A stretch of DNA of 58,169 nucleotides from Candidatus Xenobia bacterium (lineage in GTDB: Bacteria > Vulcanimicrobiota > Xenobia > Xenobiales > QWHO01). The translations under genes and the position numbers were made by a program. The notes beneath the pieces are model-generated. The model worked only from the letters and a program-made list of their open reading frames with translations. It was not told the DNA's origin and searched no databases. Within the stretch, counting starts at the first letter, position 1. Each line of letters starts with the position of its first letter. Location: the NCBI GenBank assembly GCA_045863235.1, contig BTUM01000051.1, positions 1-58,169 of the forward strand. The letters are read 5' to 3'. Shown here in pieces: positions 20,055 to 29,963 of the stretch.

Positions 20055-21308
20055 CTAGCGCGCACCCCCGAAGCCCATCAAGCGCATCCGCTCCTGAGCC
20101 TCGGCCATCAGGGCGGCGCCGGCCCGGATGCGCTCCACGCCCTGTTCGAGGTGGGACCGGTTCGAGTCGGAAAAGAAGCGCTCGAGCAGTTCGACTCCCT
20201 CCATGAAGACGCGGCTCGAGTCCTCCATTCCCTTGCGCGAGGCCTCGGCGCCCTGGCGCAGCTCTTCGGACGGGAAGCTGGCCGGAGGCTTGAGGCCATC
20301 GAGAGCCCGCTTACCCTGGCGCACGTTGGCCGCGAACCACTCCACCGTGGGGCGTAGCTCGGCTGCCGTCTGGCGGCCCTCCAGGTAAGCCTCCACGGCC
20401 TCCTCAAGGCGCACGATGTAGGCAAAGCGTGCCTGGCCCGGGGCCCCGGCCTGGTACTCGAAGGTGCTGGCCGGCCCCATGCCGAGCTCGGGCAGGCGGG
20501 CCTGACACTGGCGGCAGACCTTGCTGCCGGGGGCATTCGATTCCGAGCACCGCGGGCAGACCAGGCGGGGGGCGGCCGCCTCCAGCACCTGGCGGCGCAG
20601 ATCGAGCAGGCGACTGGTCGTCTCGAGCACCATCTCGCAGCCTTTCTTGAGGTGCTCGCGGTTCTTGTCGGAGAAGTAGCGGCTCATCTCCTTGAGCCCG
20701 CGCTTCATCGCCTCCATGCCCTTCGTGATCTGGGGAATGAGCTCCGAAACCTGCTCATTCTCGGCCGGGCTCTTGACCCACTCGCGGGCGTCGCCCATCG
20801 CCTGCTTCCAGTGGCTGTAGAAGGCGTCCAGGCGGATGCGCAGGGGCTCGTCGGGAATCTGGCCCCGGGCCACGCCCAGCGCCACGCTGGCCAGTTCGTT
20901 GACCAGGGGCGACTCGGAATAGGTGGGAAAGGACTCTTCTTCCTGGCGCAGGCGGTCGAAGGCGCCCAGCAAGCTGTCGGCGGCCTGCTGAGCCTCCTGG
21001 CAGCCCCGCACCAGGTGGTCGGCCTGGCGATCGTCGAGCCAGCGGTCGATGCGCTTGAGCCCCGCCTTCAGGCGTTCGAGCTCGTGGCGGATGGCCGGAT
21101 CGAGCTCTTTGATGAGCGCGGTGGAGGGGCGCAGCTCCTTGGAGGAGCGATACTGCGAGCGCAGCTGGTCCACAAAGACCGCCATGAACTTGAGGCGGGC
21201 CGCCAGCTCGCGGGCCAGGGTCTTGTCCTGAGAGTTCTCGGAGCAGGCACGGGCTGCCCGGATCAGCTCGTTGAGCGCGGCTGAACGGGAAAGCTCGAAC
21301 GCCGGCAC
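20055..21308 (-). CDS. Helical hypothetical protein with zinc ribbon and three internal repeats
   Basis: CPRC...CRQC; repeated R[WYF][LF]xD...HL..G motif. Confidence 0.8.
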   Translation of the reverse strand: MPAFELSRSAALNELIRAARACSENSQDKTLARELAARLKFMAVFVDQLRSQYRSSKELRPSTALIKELDPAIRHELERLKAGLKRIDRWLDDRQADHLVRGCQEAQQAADSLLGAFDRLRQEEESFPTYSESPLVNELASVALGVARGQIPDEPLRIRLDAFYSHWKQAMGDAREWVKSPAENEQVSELIPQITKGMEAMKRGLKEMSRYFSDKNREHLKKGCEMVLETTSRLLDLRRQVLEAAAPRLVCPRCSESNAPGSKVCRQCQARLPELGMGPASTFEYQAGAPGQARFAYIVRLEEAVEAYLEGRQTAAELRPTVEWFAANVRQGKRALDGLKPPASFPSEELRQGAEASRKGMEDSSRVFMEGVELLERFFSDSNRSHLEQGVERIRAGAALMAEAQERMRLMGFGGAR

Positions 21309-21311
21309 GGA

Positions 21312-21614
21312 CTAGATGCCGAAGGAGCCGGCCAGCCAGCCCAGGCTGGAGCCGAGCATGTTCCCCACGAACATTCCCGTCATCCCCGCCCAGGGATTGT
21401 TCATTCCGCCAGCGGCGAAGTAACCCAGCGCGCCGCCCAGGCCGCCGCCGATCATGCTGCCGGCGAAGCCCCCGTACATCGACATGGGGCTGAACATCGT
21501 GGGGCCCATGAACATGCTCGAGCAGCCCCACAGGCCGCCCATGTAGCTTCCAAACATCGGGGCGGGACCCCAGAATCCGGGTGTTGCGAACGGACTACAA
21601 CCGATTCCCCACAT
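21312..21614 (-). CDS. Gly/Met-rich glycine-zipper-like small protein
   Basis: 100 aa, GxxxG runs, no charged residues; sigma70-like TTGCAA...TATGAT promoter and GAGG RBS upstream. Confidence 0.7.
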   Translation of the reverse strand: MWGIGCSPFATPGFWGPAPMFGSYMGGLWGCSSMFMGPTMFSPMSMYGGFAGSMIGGGLGGALGYFAAGGMNNPWAGMTGMFVGNMLGSSLGWLAGSFGI

Positions 21615-21788
21615 GCTGCCTCATTACCCCTTCTTGTTGACTGCTCCCCATCATAACCGGATCGAGGCGGTTTGCAAAGTACCAGGTTGTAAACTTCAGC
21701 CTCGCTCCGAGTCAGTACGACAGATGGAGGTTTCCTTCCGGCGAGCGCTCTCTTGACCAGACACACTATTTAATGTTAAATTAAAATC

Positions 21789-22277
21789 ATGAAACCCATC
21801 CATCCCGGTGTTCGCATCGGACACGTCCATCTCAAAGTCGCCAACCTCCAGCGCGCGCTGGACTTCTATCAGGGGGTGCTCGGGTTCGAGCTGGTGCAGA
21901 AGATGGGGACCGGCGCCGCTTTTCTTTCCGCCGGGGGCTATCACCACCACATCGGGCTGAACACCTGGGAAAGCGCGGGAGGCTCGCCACCACCGCCCGG
22001 CACGACGGGGCTCTATCATTTAGCAATCCTCTATCCGACTCGGGCCGAGCTCGGCGATGCCTTGCGGCGTCTTCTTGCAGCTGGCATTCAACTGGACGGC
22101 GCCAGCGATCATGGGGTGAGCGAGGCCCTCTATCTGAGCGACCCCGATGGAAACGGCGTGGAGCTCTACTGGGACAGGCCCGAGAGCGAGTGGCCCCGCA
22201 AGGCCGACGGGAACATCGAGATGTTCACGCGTCGCCTCGACCTGGAGAGCCTCGTGAGTCAGCCTTCAGGCGTCTGA
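21789..22277 (+). CDS. VOC/glyoxalase family protein (CatE-like)
   Basis: IGHVHLKV, GGYHHHIGLNTW, DHGVSEALYLSDPDGNGVELY. Confidence 0.92.
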   Translation: MKPIHPGVRIGHVHLKVANLQRALDFYQGVLGFELVQKMGTGAAFLSAGGYHHHIGLNTWESAGGSPPPPGTTGLYHLAILYPTRAELGDALRRLLAAGIQLDGASDHGVSEALYLSDPDGNGVELYWDRPESEWPRKADGNIEMFTRRLDLESLVSQPSGV

Positions 22278-22349
22278 GCGCGGACTCCGTGATACTGTCC
22301 CGCCGAGCAACCAGGACTCGCACCCCGGACGGCGCAAGATCCGCCTCCC

Positions 22350-23231
22350 ATGCGCAATCTGCTCTTGAAGCTGGCTTACAGCAACGTCTGGATCGCTCTG
22401 CAGGCGGGCGGGCAGGCCATCATGACCCAGGTCATGCTCGACCTGCCCCTCGACCCCCGGGCCCCCTGGCTCTGCTTTCTGTCCATGCTCTTCGTCTACA
22501 CCTTTGCCAAGACGGTGCGCTTCGACCCCACCGCCGACGCCCTCAACGACCCCGACCGCACGGCCTTCCTGCTGCGCTGGCGCGCTCCCCTCATCGCTGC
22601 GGGCGTGCTGGGCTTTGGTCTGGGGGCCTGGCAGGCCCATCGCTGGCAGGTGCTCTGGCTCTACCTCTTTCCGGTTCTGACGGCCGTGTTCTACGACATC
22701 AAGTTCCTGCCGGCGACCTTTCGCTACCGGCGATTGAAAGACATCACCGGAGTCAAGAGCGTGGTCGTCGCCGTCGCCTGGTCGGTGTTGGGCACCCTGC
22801 TGCCGGTCAGCCTGTCGGGTCAGGGGTTCAGCGCCGGAGTGGCCTTCCTGCTCGTCTGGCACTTTGCCATGTTCTTCGTGAACACGGTCTACTTCGATCT
22901 GGGCGATATGCGGGGCGACCGGGCCGAAGGCACGCTGACCCTCCCCCTCTGGCTGGGCTTTGAGGCCACTCGGGCCCTCTTGCTGGCCATCACCTTGGCC
23001 TGCGCGGCAGGACTCTGGCTGGCCGCCCGGAGCGGCCTGGTGGGCCCCGAGGGCCACTATGTCAACCTGCTCACCCTGTACCAGCTGGCCTTCGTCGGGG
23101 CTGCTCGCGACGAGAGCACCGACCTGGGCTTTCTGTGCGATGTCGTGGCCGACGGAGCCTTCCTGGTGGGAGGAGTGCTGGCCCTGCTCGGACGAGTGGC
23201 CTACTCGGCCACCATCTTCTCGGCTTCCTGA
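22350..23231 (+). CDS. UbiA-family prenyltransferase
   Basis: Multi-TM; D..AD.LN.P.R and FDLGDMRGDRAEG..TLP motifs. Confidence 0.8.
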   Translation: MRNLLLKLAYSNVWIALQAGGQAIMTQVMLDLPLDPRAPWLCFLSMLFVYTFAKTVRFDPTADALNDPDRTAFLLRWRAPLIAAGVLGFGLGAWQAHRWQVLWLYLFPVLTAVFYDIKFLPATFRYRRLKDITGVKSVVVAVAWSVLGTLLPVSLSGQGFSAGVAFLLVWHFAMFFVNTVYFDLGDMRGDRAEGTLTLPLWLGFEATRALLLAITLACAAGLWLAARSGLVGPEGHYVNLLTLYQLAFVGAARDESTDLGFLCDVVADGAFLVGGVLALLGRVAYSATIFSAS

Positions 23232-23566
23232 CGGATCTCGGCCAGCTCTTCCGGCTCGATCTGCAGCTGCCGGGCGATGGCGTTGAGGTAGCGCAGCTCG
23301 GCAATCTGGATGGTCCCGTCGGCGACCGACAGGCTGCAGAGCACCTTCATCAGCTTGCGCCGGCTGTCGTGGCGGGGGAACAGGCCGTCGAGATCGGGGG
23401 CGACCCCTTCTTGCATGAAGCGAGCCACTTCCTGGATCTCTTCCTCGCGGTATCCCAACCGGAGCAAGATGTTGCCGAGGATGGCCCTCTCCTGCTCGCT
23501 CACCTCGCCGTCGGCCCAGATCACTCCGACCAGGCTCTTGAGCACTTCCCTCTCGCGATCATCCAC
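23201..23566 (-). CDS. TerB/tellurite-resistance family protein
   Basis: Two ADG...E motifs (WADGEVSEQE, VADGTIQIAE). Confidence 0.8.
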   Translation of the reverse strand: MDDREREVLKSLVGVIWADGEVSEQERAILGNILLRLGYREEEIQEVARFMQEGVAPDLDGLFPRHDSRRKLMKVLCSLSVADGTIQIAELRYLNAIARQLQIEPEELAEIRQEAEKMVAE

Positions 23567-23592
23567 CCTCTGGCTGCCCTCCGCTCGAAACG

Positions 23593-24825
23593 TTATCCGC
23601 CCTTTTCGGGGGACGCAGCGCGAGCCCTGCCCAGCCAGTTTGCCGCTCCGATCCCGGCGGCGCGACCGGTGGCCAGGCAGGCCGTCAGCAGGTAGCCCCC
23701 GGTGGGGGCATCCCAATCGAGCATCTCCCCGGCCGCGAAGACGCCCGGCAGGCGACGAAGCATCAGGTCGGGTCCCAACTCGTCGAAGGTCAGGCCTCCG
23801 GCCGTGCTGATGGCCTCGTCCAGGGGGCGGGTGGCCAGCAGACGGAGCGGGAGCGCTTTGACGGCCTCGCCCAGCCGGGGGAGATCCTCATCCAGACTGG
23901 CGCTGGCGAGCTCGCGCAGCAGGCCGAACTTGACCCCCTCGAGATGGGCCCGGCGGCGCAGGTGCTCGCTCAGCGAGCGGCTGCCCCGGGGCAGGGCCAG
24001 CTCGCGCTGCAGGCGCTCCAGCGTCCGGTCGGGAGCCAGGTCGAGCTCGATGGTCGCTTCCCCCCGCGCCTGGATCTCGTCGCGCAAGGCCGGCGAGTAG
24101 GGGTAGATCAGGCTCCCTTCCAGACCGTGCTCGGTGACCACGAGCTCGCCGCGCCGCACCACCCCTGCATGGGTCAAGGTCACCGACTTGACCGGATGGC
24201 CGGCATATCGCTGGCGGAATGTCTCGCTCCAATCCACCTCGAAGCCGCAGTTGGAGGGCTGCAGCGTGGCCACCGCCAGCCCGCGCTGGCGAAGCCAGGG
24301 CACCCAGGCCCCGTCCGAGCCCAGCCGGCTCCAACTCGCCCCGCCCAGGGCCAGCACCACAGCCGGCGCGGCCACCGTGATCTCCCCCTCGGGTGTGCGC
24401 ACCAGAAGCTGCCCGTCGTTGGTCCAGCCCACCCAGCGATGGCGGGCGTGCAGCTTCATGCCCTGCTCGCGCAGGCGCCGCAGCCAGGCGCGCAGCAAAG
24501 GCGCCGCCTTCATCTCGCGGGGAAAGACGCGCCCCGAGCTGCCCACGAAGGTGGAGATCCCCAGCTCGCCCGCCCAGGCCCTGAGCTGAGCCGGACCGAA
24601 GGCCCGCAGATGGGGCTCCAGACGCGAGCGACCGGGACCGTAGCGCTCCAGGAACTCCTCGAAGGGCTCGGAGTGGGTCAGGTTCAACCCGCCCTTCCCG
24701 GCCAGCAAGAACTTGCGCGCCGGCGTGGGCATGGAATCGTGCACCTCCACCGAGAAGCCCCGCTCCAGCAGAGCCTCGGCGGCCATCAGCCCGGCCGGTC
24801 CGGCCCCGATCACCGCAGCATCCAC
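23593..24825 (-). CDS. HI0933/BaiN-like flavoprotein (TIGR03862 type)
   Basis: GAGPAGLMAA, RKFLLAGKGGLNLTH, GSSGRVFP, AGEMLDWDAPTGGYLL. Confidence 0.9.
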   Translation of the reverse strand: MDAAVIGAGPAGLMAAEALLERGFSVEVHDSMPTPARKFLLAGKGGLNLTHSEPFEEFLERYGPGRSRLEPHLRAFGPAQLRAWAGELGISTFVGSSGRVFPREMKAAPLLRAWLRRLREQGMKLHARHRWVGWTNDGQLLVRTPEGEITVAAPAVVLALGGASWSRLGSDGAWVPWLRQRGLAVATLQPSNCGFEVDWSETFRQRYAGHPVKSVTLTHAGVVRRGELVVTEHGLEGSLIYPYSPALRDEIQARGEATIELDLAPDRTLERLQRELALPRGSRSLSEHLRRRAHLEGVKFGLLRELASASLDEDLPRLGEAVKALPLRLLATRPLDEAISTAGGLTFDELGPDLMLRRLPGVFAAGEMLDWDAPTGGYLLTACLATGRAAGIGAANWLGRARAASPEKGG

Positions 24826-24878
24826 GTCCTGATCTCCGCTCCTTGCGCACCCGGCCTCCAATACATTACAACAAATCG

Positions 24879-25571
24879 ATGAGAACCCTCCTTGCCCTCC
24901 TGCTCCTCACCACCCTGGCCACGGCCCAGCTCGAGACCCCCTGGTTTCTGGGCCTGGACGGCGGGGTCTATCGCGGCCTGCAGCGGGTCGGGCTGGGCAC
25001 GGGCACCAGCCTGGCCGTGGTGGGCGATACCGCCTACCTGATCGGCCAGGACCGCCGCCTCTGGAGCGCCGGCCCGCAGGGCAACTGGCAGGTGGCCGAC
25101 CAGCTGGCCCGCTGCTCGCGGGTGGCGGTGGCCTCAGACGGTACCGTGTACCTGCTGGGCATCGACGGGGGCGTCTACCGCCAGGGAGTAGGGCGCGTCG
25201 GCCTGGGCCTGGGCAGCGACCTGGCCGTGGGCAGCGGACACGACCTCTTCGTGGTGGGCACCGATGGCCACATCTGGATCTCGCCCTCGGCCTCGGGCGC
25301 CTGGGTGCCCTACAATGCTCTGGCCCTGGCCCGCCGGGTGGCGGCCGGGCCCGAGGGCACGGTGGCGCTGATCGGCACCGACCAGGGCGTCTACCGGGTG
25401 ACCCCCGACCACATCGAGCGCCTGGGTCTGGCCACCGGGCAGGAGGTGGCCGTGCGCTCGGACGGCACCGTCTTCATCGTGGGAACCGACAGCGCCGTGT
25501 ACAGTTACGAGAACGGGGGCTGGCAACGGCTGGGCGACGGCCTGGCGAAGGCCGTGGTCTGGCCGCGCTAG
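24879..25571 (+). CDS. Secreted tectonin-like beta-propeller protein
   Basis: Signal peptide; repeated [VL]AV..DG.V[YF]..G.D..[VI][YW] units. Confidence 0.75.
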   Translation: MRTLLALLLLTTLATAQLETPWFLGLDGGVYRGLQRVGLGTGTSLAVVGDTAYLIGQDRRLWSAGPQGNWQVADQLARCSRVAVASDGTVYLLGIDGGVYRQGVGRVGLGLGSDLAVGSGHDLFVVGTDGHIWISPSASGAWVPYNALALARRVAAGPEGTVALIGTDQGVYRVTPDHIERLGLATGQEVAVRSDGTVFIVGTDSAVYSYENGGWQRLGDGLAKAVVWPR

Positions 25572-26437
25572 AGGGCCTGGGCCGAAAGCTCGAACCAGGT
25601 CTGGAAGGTCTCCCCGGGCGGCACGTGCACCAACCCCTGGCCGGTGTTCATGGCAAAGCGCCGGGCGCTCCAGGGCTCGAGACAGACGAACTCGGCCCCC
25701 TTGATGGTCCAGAACACCAGGTAGGGATAGGCCGCATCAAAGCGCAGGCGCAGCTTGAGCCCCCGCTCGGGATCGCGCAAGACCGCTTCCTGGCGCGAGA
25801 CGTCCAGAAAGACCCAGTCGATGGCGTCCTGCTCATAGGGGAAGCGGCCCGAGAAATCGCCTTCGTCCCAATTGCGGGTGTCCTGATAGCGCTGAGCGGG
25901 AATCTCGAACTCGAGCCGCTCCTTGTCGCCTACCCGGAAGTAGGGGTGGAGCCCGAACTGGATCGGCATCGGAGTCTCGGAGCGGTTCTTGAAATGCTGC
26001 TCGAGCCGCAGGGTCTTGCCCTTCACCGAGTAGACGTAATCGAGGCGAAAGTCCCAGGGATAGGCGCGCTGGGTCTCACGATCGGACTCGAGCTCGAGCA
26101 TGACCGAGGCAGCTTCCAGGGTGCTCGTCTCCATGGCCCGCCAGCGGCGTCCGCGGGCGAACCCGTGCTGGCCCATCTTGTGCTCGACGCCTTCCACCTG
26201 GTAGCGCCCGTCCTGCAGGGGGCCGCAGATCGGAAAGAGCAAGGGCATGCCCCCGCGCACGTTCTTGCTCGGATCATCGAAGGTCTCGCGGTCGAGAAAG
26301 AAGACCTCCTTGCCATCCACCACCAGGCTCATGAGCATTCCCCCCCGATGGGGAGCCACCCGGGCCTCGGTGCCGCTGTCGGTATCCTTCAGCAGGTAGA
26401 TTTCAGGTTGCTCGGAAGCCCGGGAGACCTCAAACAC
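25568..26437 (-). CDS. Aldose 1-epimerase / galactose mutarotase-like protein
   Basis: RGGMPLLFP, QHGFAR, GLHPYF, FVCLEPW. Confidence 0.9.
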   Translation of the reverse strand: MFEVSRASEQPEIYLLKDTDSGTEARVAPHRGGMLMSLVVDGKEVFFLDRETFDDPSKNVRGGMPLLFPICGPLQDGRYQVEGVEHKMGQHGFARGRRWRAMETSTLEAASVMLELESDRETQRAYPWDFRLDYVYSVKGKTLRLEQHFKNRSETPMPIQFGLHPYFRVGDKERLEFEIPAQRYQDTRNWDEGDFSGRFPYEQDAIDWVFLDVSRQEAVLRDPERGLKLRLRFDAAYPYLVFWTIKGAEFVCLEPWSARRFAMNTGQGLVHVPPGETFQTWFELSAQAL

Positions 26438-27335
26438 CGGTGACCTCCAGGGCCCACTCCCGCTCACCGCTCGACAATCCCCACACCGCCAGCTCATGAC
26501 CATCGGTCACCAGTTGCTCGCCGTCAAAGCGCACGGCGGTGACCAGGCCCGCCCGGGGCCGCTCGATGCGGCCCAGGCCCTCGACAGCGGCCGTCTCGCG
26601 CAGGGCAAAGCGCCGCTCCGGCCCACCCCGGGCGTAATCCCACAGCTGGGCTCCCATGGCATCGCCGGTCACCACCCAGCTGCCGTCGGGGCTGATAGCC
26701 AGGGACATGGCCTGGAAGGGGATCGAGAATTTGCGCTCGTGGAGGCCCGTCTCGAGCTTCCAAATCTGCACCGCGTGCATGACGGTGTTGCCGCTGCCGG
26801 TCAGGCTGGCGGCCAGGCGCTGGCCGTCGGGATGGATGGCCAGAGCGAAGATCTCTCCCACCGACTCGATGCGGTTCTTGATGGACCCGGTGGAGGCATC
26901 CACCACCAGCACCTCGGCAGCGGCCATGCTCGACCAGGCCAGGGTCTTGTCGTGAACCGCAAACAGGCTGAGATTGGAGAACTTCTCCTCCAACAGCTCG
27001 TGACGCACCTCGCCGGTGCTCGGGTCGAGGGCCACCAGGGCCCCCGGGCGGCCCACCCACAGGAGTCCAGCGGCGAAGGCAAGGTTGGTGCCCTCGATCG
27101 GATAGGCTCCCACCTCTCGCTGGTCATCCCAAACCTTGACCAACCCCTTGCCCAGCGTGGCGCAGCGCTGGCTGGAAGGCTCCAGCGCGACGGCTGAAAG
27201 TCCGGCCTGGCCGGTGCTCCAGTGGGCCACGACCTTGCGCTCGTTCCAGTCCACCCAGCCCACATCACCCTCGGCAGTGCCGCGCAAGGACAGCGGACGA
27301 CTTGGATGCAGGGCGCACAGGAAGTAGGGTTTCAT
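26430..27335 (-). CDS. WD40 repeat protein
   Basis: LAIHPDG, LAISPDG...QLWD, VKVWD repeats. Confidence 0.8.
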   Translation of the reverse strand: MKPYFLCALHPSRPLSLRGTAEGDVGWVDWNERKVVAHWSTGQAGLSAVALEPSSQRCATLGKGLVKVWDDQREVGAYPIEGTNLAFAAGLLWVGRPGALVALDPSTGEVRHELLEEKFSNLSLFAVHDKTLAWSSMAAAEVLVVDASTGSIKNRIESVGEIFALAIHPDGQRLAASLTGSGNTVMHAVQIWKLETGLHERKFSIPFQAMSLAISPDGSWVVTGDAMGAQLWDYARGGPERRFALRETAAVEGLGRIERPRAGLVTAVRFDGEQLVTDGHELAVWGLSSGEREWALEVTGV

Positions 27336-27385
27336 TGGCTTTCTCGAACTCCGTCAGGTGATGCAGGGTGCCGCAGGGGCGGTCG

Positions 27386-28162
27386 TTAGTTCCGCTTCGA
27401 GCGTACGGTTCCTGCGCCGACGGTGGCGCTCTCGCGCAACACCCCCTCGACTTCCACCAGCTTCAAGCGCTGGGCGATTTGCAGCGGGGTCTCCCCGCGC
27501 CGGTCAGGCCGCGACCGGTCGGCTCCCATGCGAACCAGCAGCCGCACGATAGTGGGGTTGCCACGCATGACGGCTTCGTGCAGCACGCACTGACCCGAGG
27601 CATGCTCGACCTCGGTGCTGACCCGGTAGCGGGCCAGGCTCTCGACCATCCCCGGAAAGCCCCTGGCGACCGCCAGGTAGAGCGGGGTCAGTCCGTGCCG
27701 GTCGATCCGGTCGGGACTGGCCCCGGAGGCGACCAGGAAGTCGACCATGGCGACGTCGTTGGCACTGACGGCGTAAAACAGGGCTGACTGGCCCTGCAGG
27801 TTGGTGGCGTCCACCTCCACCCCGTGGCTGACAAGATAGCGGGCGGCCTGCAGCTGGTGATTCAGGGCGGCGTAATGCAGCGCCCTGGCCCCGCCCACAT
27901 CCTCATGCGAGAGCGACTCGGGGTCCTTGCTGTAGAGACGCTCGAGGCGCTCGAGGTCGCCCCGGGCGGCGGCCGCGTGGGCGGCGACCAGGGCGTGACG
28001 CGGCACGAACCAGGTCAGCACGAACAGGGGGATCAGGGCCAGCGCGAAGAGCATCGAGTGCAAGCGGCTCGATTGGGTCCGGGGCACCACCTTCTGGGTC
28101 TGGTGGGCCAGGGCACGGGCAATCTTTCCGCTGGTCGACTTCACCTTGGAGTGATTCGTCAC
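27386..28162 (-). CDS. Membrane-anchored ankyrin repeat protein
   Basis: One TM segment, then G..ALHYAA, G.TPLYLAV, GETPLQIA repeats; start GTG 28162 or ATG 28054. Confidence 0.8.
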   Translation of the reverse strand: MTNHSKVKSTSGKIARALAHQTQKVVPRTQSSRLHSMLFALALIPLFVLTWFVPRHALVAAHAAAARGDLERLERLYSKDPESLSHEDVGGARALHYAALNHQLQAARYLVSHGVEVDATNLQGQSALFYAVSANDVAMVDFLVASGASPDRIDRHGLTPLYLAVARGFPGMVESLARYRVSTEVEHASGQCVLHEAVMRGNPTIVRLLVRMGADRSRPDRRGETPLQIAQRLKLVEVEGVLRESATVGAGTVRSKRN

Positions 28163-28164
28163 GC

Positions 28165-28722
28165 TCAGCCGCGAGCCTGGCAGGCGATCAGGAAGTCGAG
28201 CAGCTCGAGCAGGTTGGCGTGGGCTTGATCGCTTCTTCCGGGCAACTGCTCCAGGCACCAGTAGACGGCCTCGGCGGTGGAGGTGCATTCGGGCCGCGGC
28301 TGACGTCGAAAGCCGTAGCGCGAAGCGGGGGCCCGGAAGGTCAGCCGGGGCAGGGCGGCCAGGTAGTCGTTGCGCCGTAGCAGGTGAGCCGCCCCGCGCC
28401 AGCTGCCGTCGAGGAAGACCAGCTTCCGGGGCGGGGCCGAGAGCGTGGCCAGCTCCACCGCCTGCCGACCCGGGTAGACCAGGCTGGCCCCCTCCAGCCA
28501 GCCTCGCAGCTCGCTTTCGCGCTCGAAGTCGAGCCCGTCGAGCAGCCGGCAGTTGCGCACGGCCAGGGCCACCAGCTGGGCCGTGTTCACCCCGAGCCGC
28601 GACCGCTTCTCGCGGGGATGGCGCAAAATCAGGATCTCGGCCCGGGCGGTGAAGGGCTTGACCAGGTGGCACAGGCAGACGGGCAGCGCCCGAAGGCAGA
28701 CAGGGCAATCAAGTCGGGCCAT
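28165..28722 (-). CDS. DTW-domain tRNA aminocarboxypropyltransferase (TapT-like)
   Basis: CPVC...CLC, HPRE, NTA, FLDGSW, STAEA. Confidence 0.88.
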   Translation of the reverse strand: MARLDCPVCLRALPVCLCHLVKPFTARAEILILRHPREKRSRLGVNTAQLVALAVRNCRLLDGLDFERESELRGWLEGASLVYPGRQAVELATLSAPPRKLVFLDGSWRGAAHLLRRNDYLAALPRLTFRAPASRYGFRRQPRPECTSTAEAVYWCLEQLPGRSDQAHANLLELLDFLIACQARG

Positions 28723-29963
28723 CAGTGATGGTGCTTGGGGGGCGGCGGCGCAGGTTTGCCCACCGGCAGGGCCCGGGTGCCGGGAGGCTGACGATACCAG
28801 CCCGGATCGCGGTAGCCATGAGGCAGGTGATCGCGAACCTTGACCACGGTGAACATCCCGCCCATGTCGATGGGCCCGTACGGGCCGGGCGTGCCCCCCA
28901 TCTTGAGGGTGTTGGGGGGCAGCGGCATGTTCATCTCGGCCATCTCGTACATCCCCGTCTCGCCCATCGGCATATAGTCGGGGATCAGCTCCTCGATGCT
29001 GCCCTGGATCCCCGACTGGCTCACGTCGAGCATGTTGGGGATGTCGTGCCCCATGGCGTTCATGGCGTGGTGTGTCTTGTGGCAGTGGAGCGGCCAGTCG
29101 CCCGGCACGTCGGCGAGGAACTCCACCGTGCGCGTGCTACCCACGGGCACGTTGACCGTGGTCTCGGGAAAGCGTGCGCTGGGGGGGATCTCGCCTCCAT
29201 CGGTGGCCACCTGCTGGAATGAATAGCCGTGGATGTGGATGGGGTGGCTGTCCATGCTGAGGTTCGCCAGGCGCAGGCGCACCCGCTGGCCCGTCTTGAC
29301 CACCAGCGGCGCGGTGCCCGGGTAGGCCCGGGAGTTGAAGGTGAAGGTATTGAAGTCGAGCATGACCATCGGGTTGGGACGGGAGGTACCCGGCTCGATG
29401 AACCACTCGGCCAGGAAGATGCAGAAGTCGCGGTGCGCCATCGGCCCGCGCGGCGCCTTCGGATGGACGATGAAGAAACCCATCATCCCCAGCGCCATCT
29501 GGGTCATCTCATCGGCGTGGGGATGATACATGAACGTGCCGTGCTGGCGCAGGGTGAACTCGTATTTGAACGTCTCGCCCGGCCGGATGGGGCCCTGGGT
29601 CAGGCCGCTCACCCCGTCCATGCCGTTGGGCAGGTAGATTCCGTGCCAGTGCACGCTGGTGGGCTCGGGCAGCCTGTTGGTGACCAGGATGCGCACTCGA
29701 TCCCCTTCCACCGCCTCGATGGTGGGCCCGGGGGTGAGGCCGTTGTAGCCCCAGCAATCCACCACCATCCCGGGAGCGAACTCGCGCTTGACCGGCTCGG
29801 CGACGAGGTGGAACTGCTTGACCCCGTTGACCATCTTCCAGGGCAGCGAGCGGCCGTTGGGGGTCTCCACGGGCACGTAACTGGCGGCCCGGGCAGGGGG
29901 TCCCACGCTCGCCAGCGCGGCCAGGGCAGCGGTCGAGCCGAGCAGGGCGCGACGGGTCAGCAT
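28722..29963 (-). CDS. Tat-exported multicopper oxidase
   Basis: TRRALL Tat motif; HWHG, YHPH, HPIHIHG, HCHKTHH. Confidence 0.92.
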   Translation of the reverse strand: MLTRRALLGSTAALAALASVGPPARAASYVPVETPNGRSLPWKMVNGVKQFHLVAEPVKREFAPGMVVDCWGYNGLTPGPTIEAVEGDRVRILVTNRLPEPTSVHWHGIYLPNGMDGVSGLTQGPIRPGETFKYEFTLRQHGTFMYHPHADEMTQMALGMMGFFIVHPKAPRGPMAHRDFCIFLAEWFIEPGTSRPNPMVMLDFNTFTFNSRAYPGTAPLVVKTGQRVRLRLANLSMDSHPIHIHGYSFQQVATDGGEIPPSARFPETTVNVPVGSTRTVEFLADVPGDWPLHCHKTHHAMNAMGHDIPNMLDVSQSGIQGSIEELIPDYMPMGETGMYEMAEMNMPLPPNTLKMGGTPGPYGPIDMGGMFTVVKVRDHLPHGYRDPGWYRQPPGTRALPVGKPAPPPPKHHH

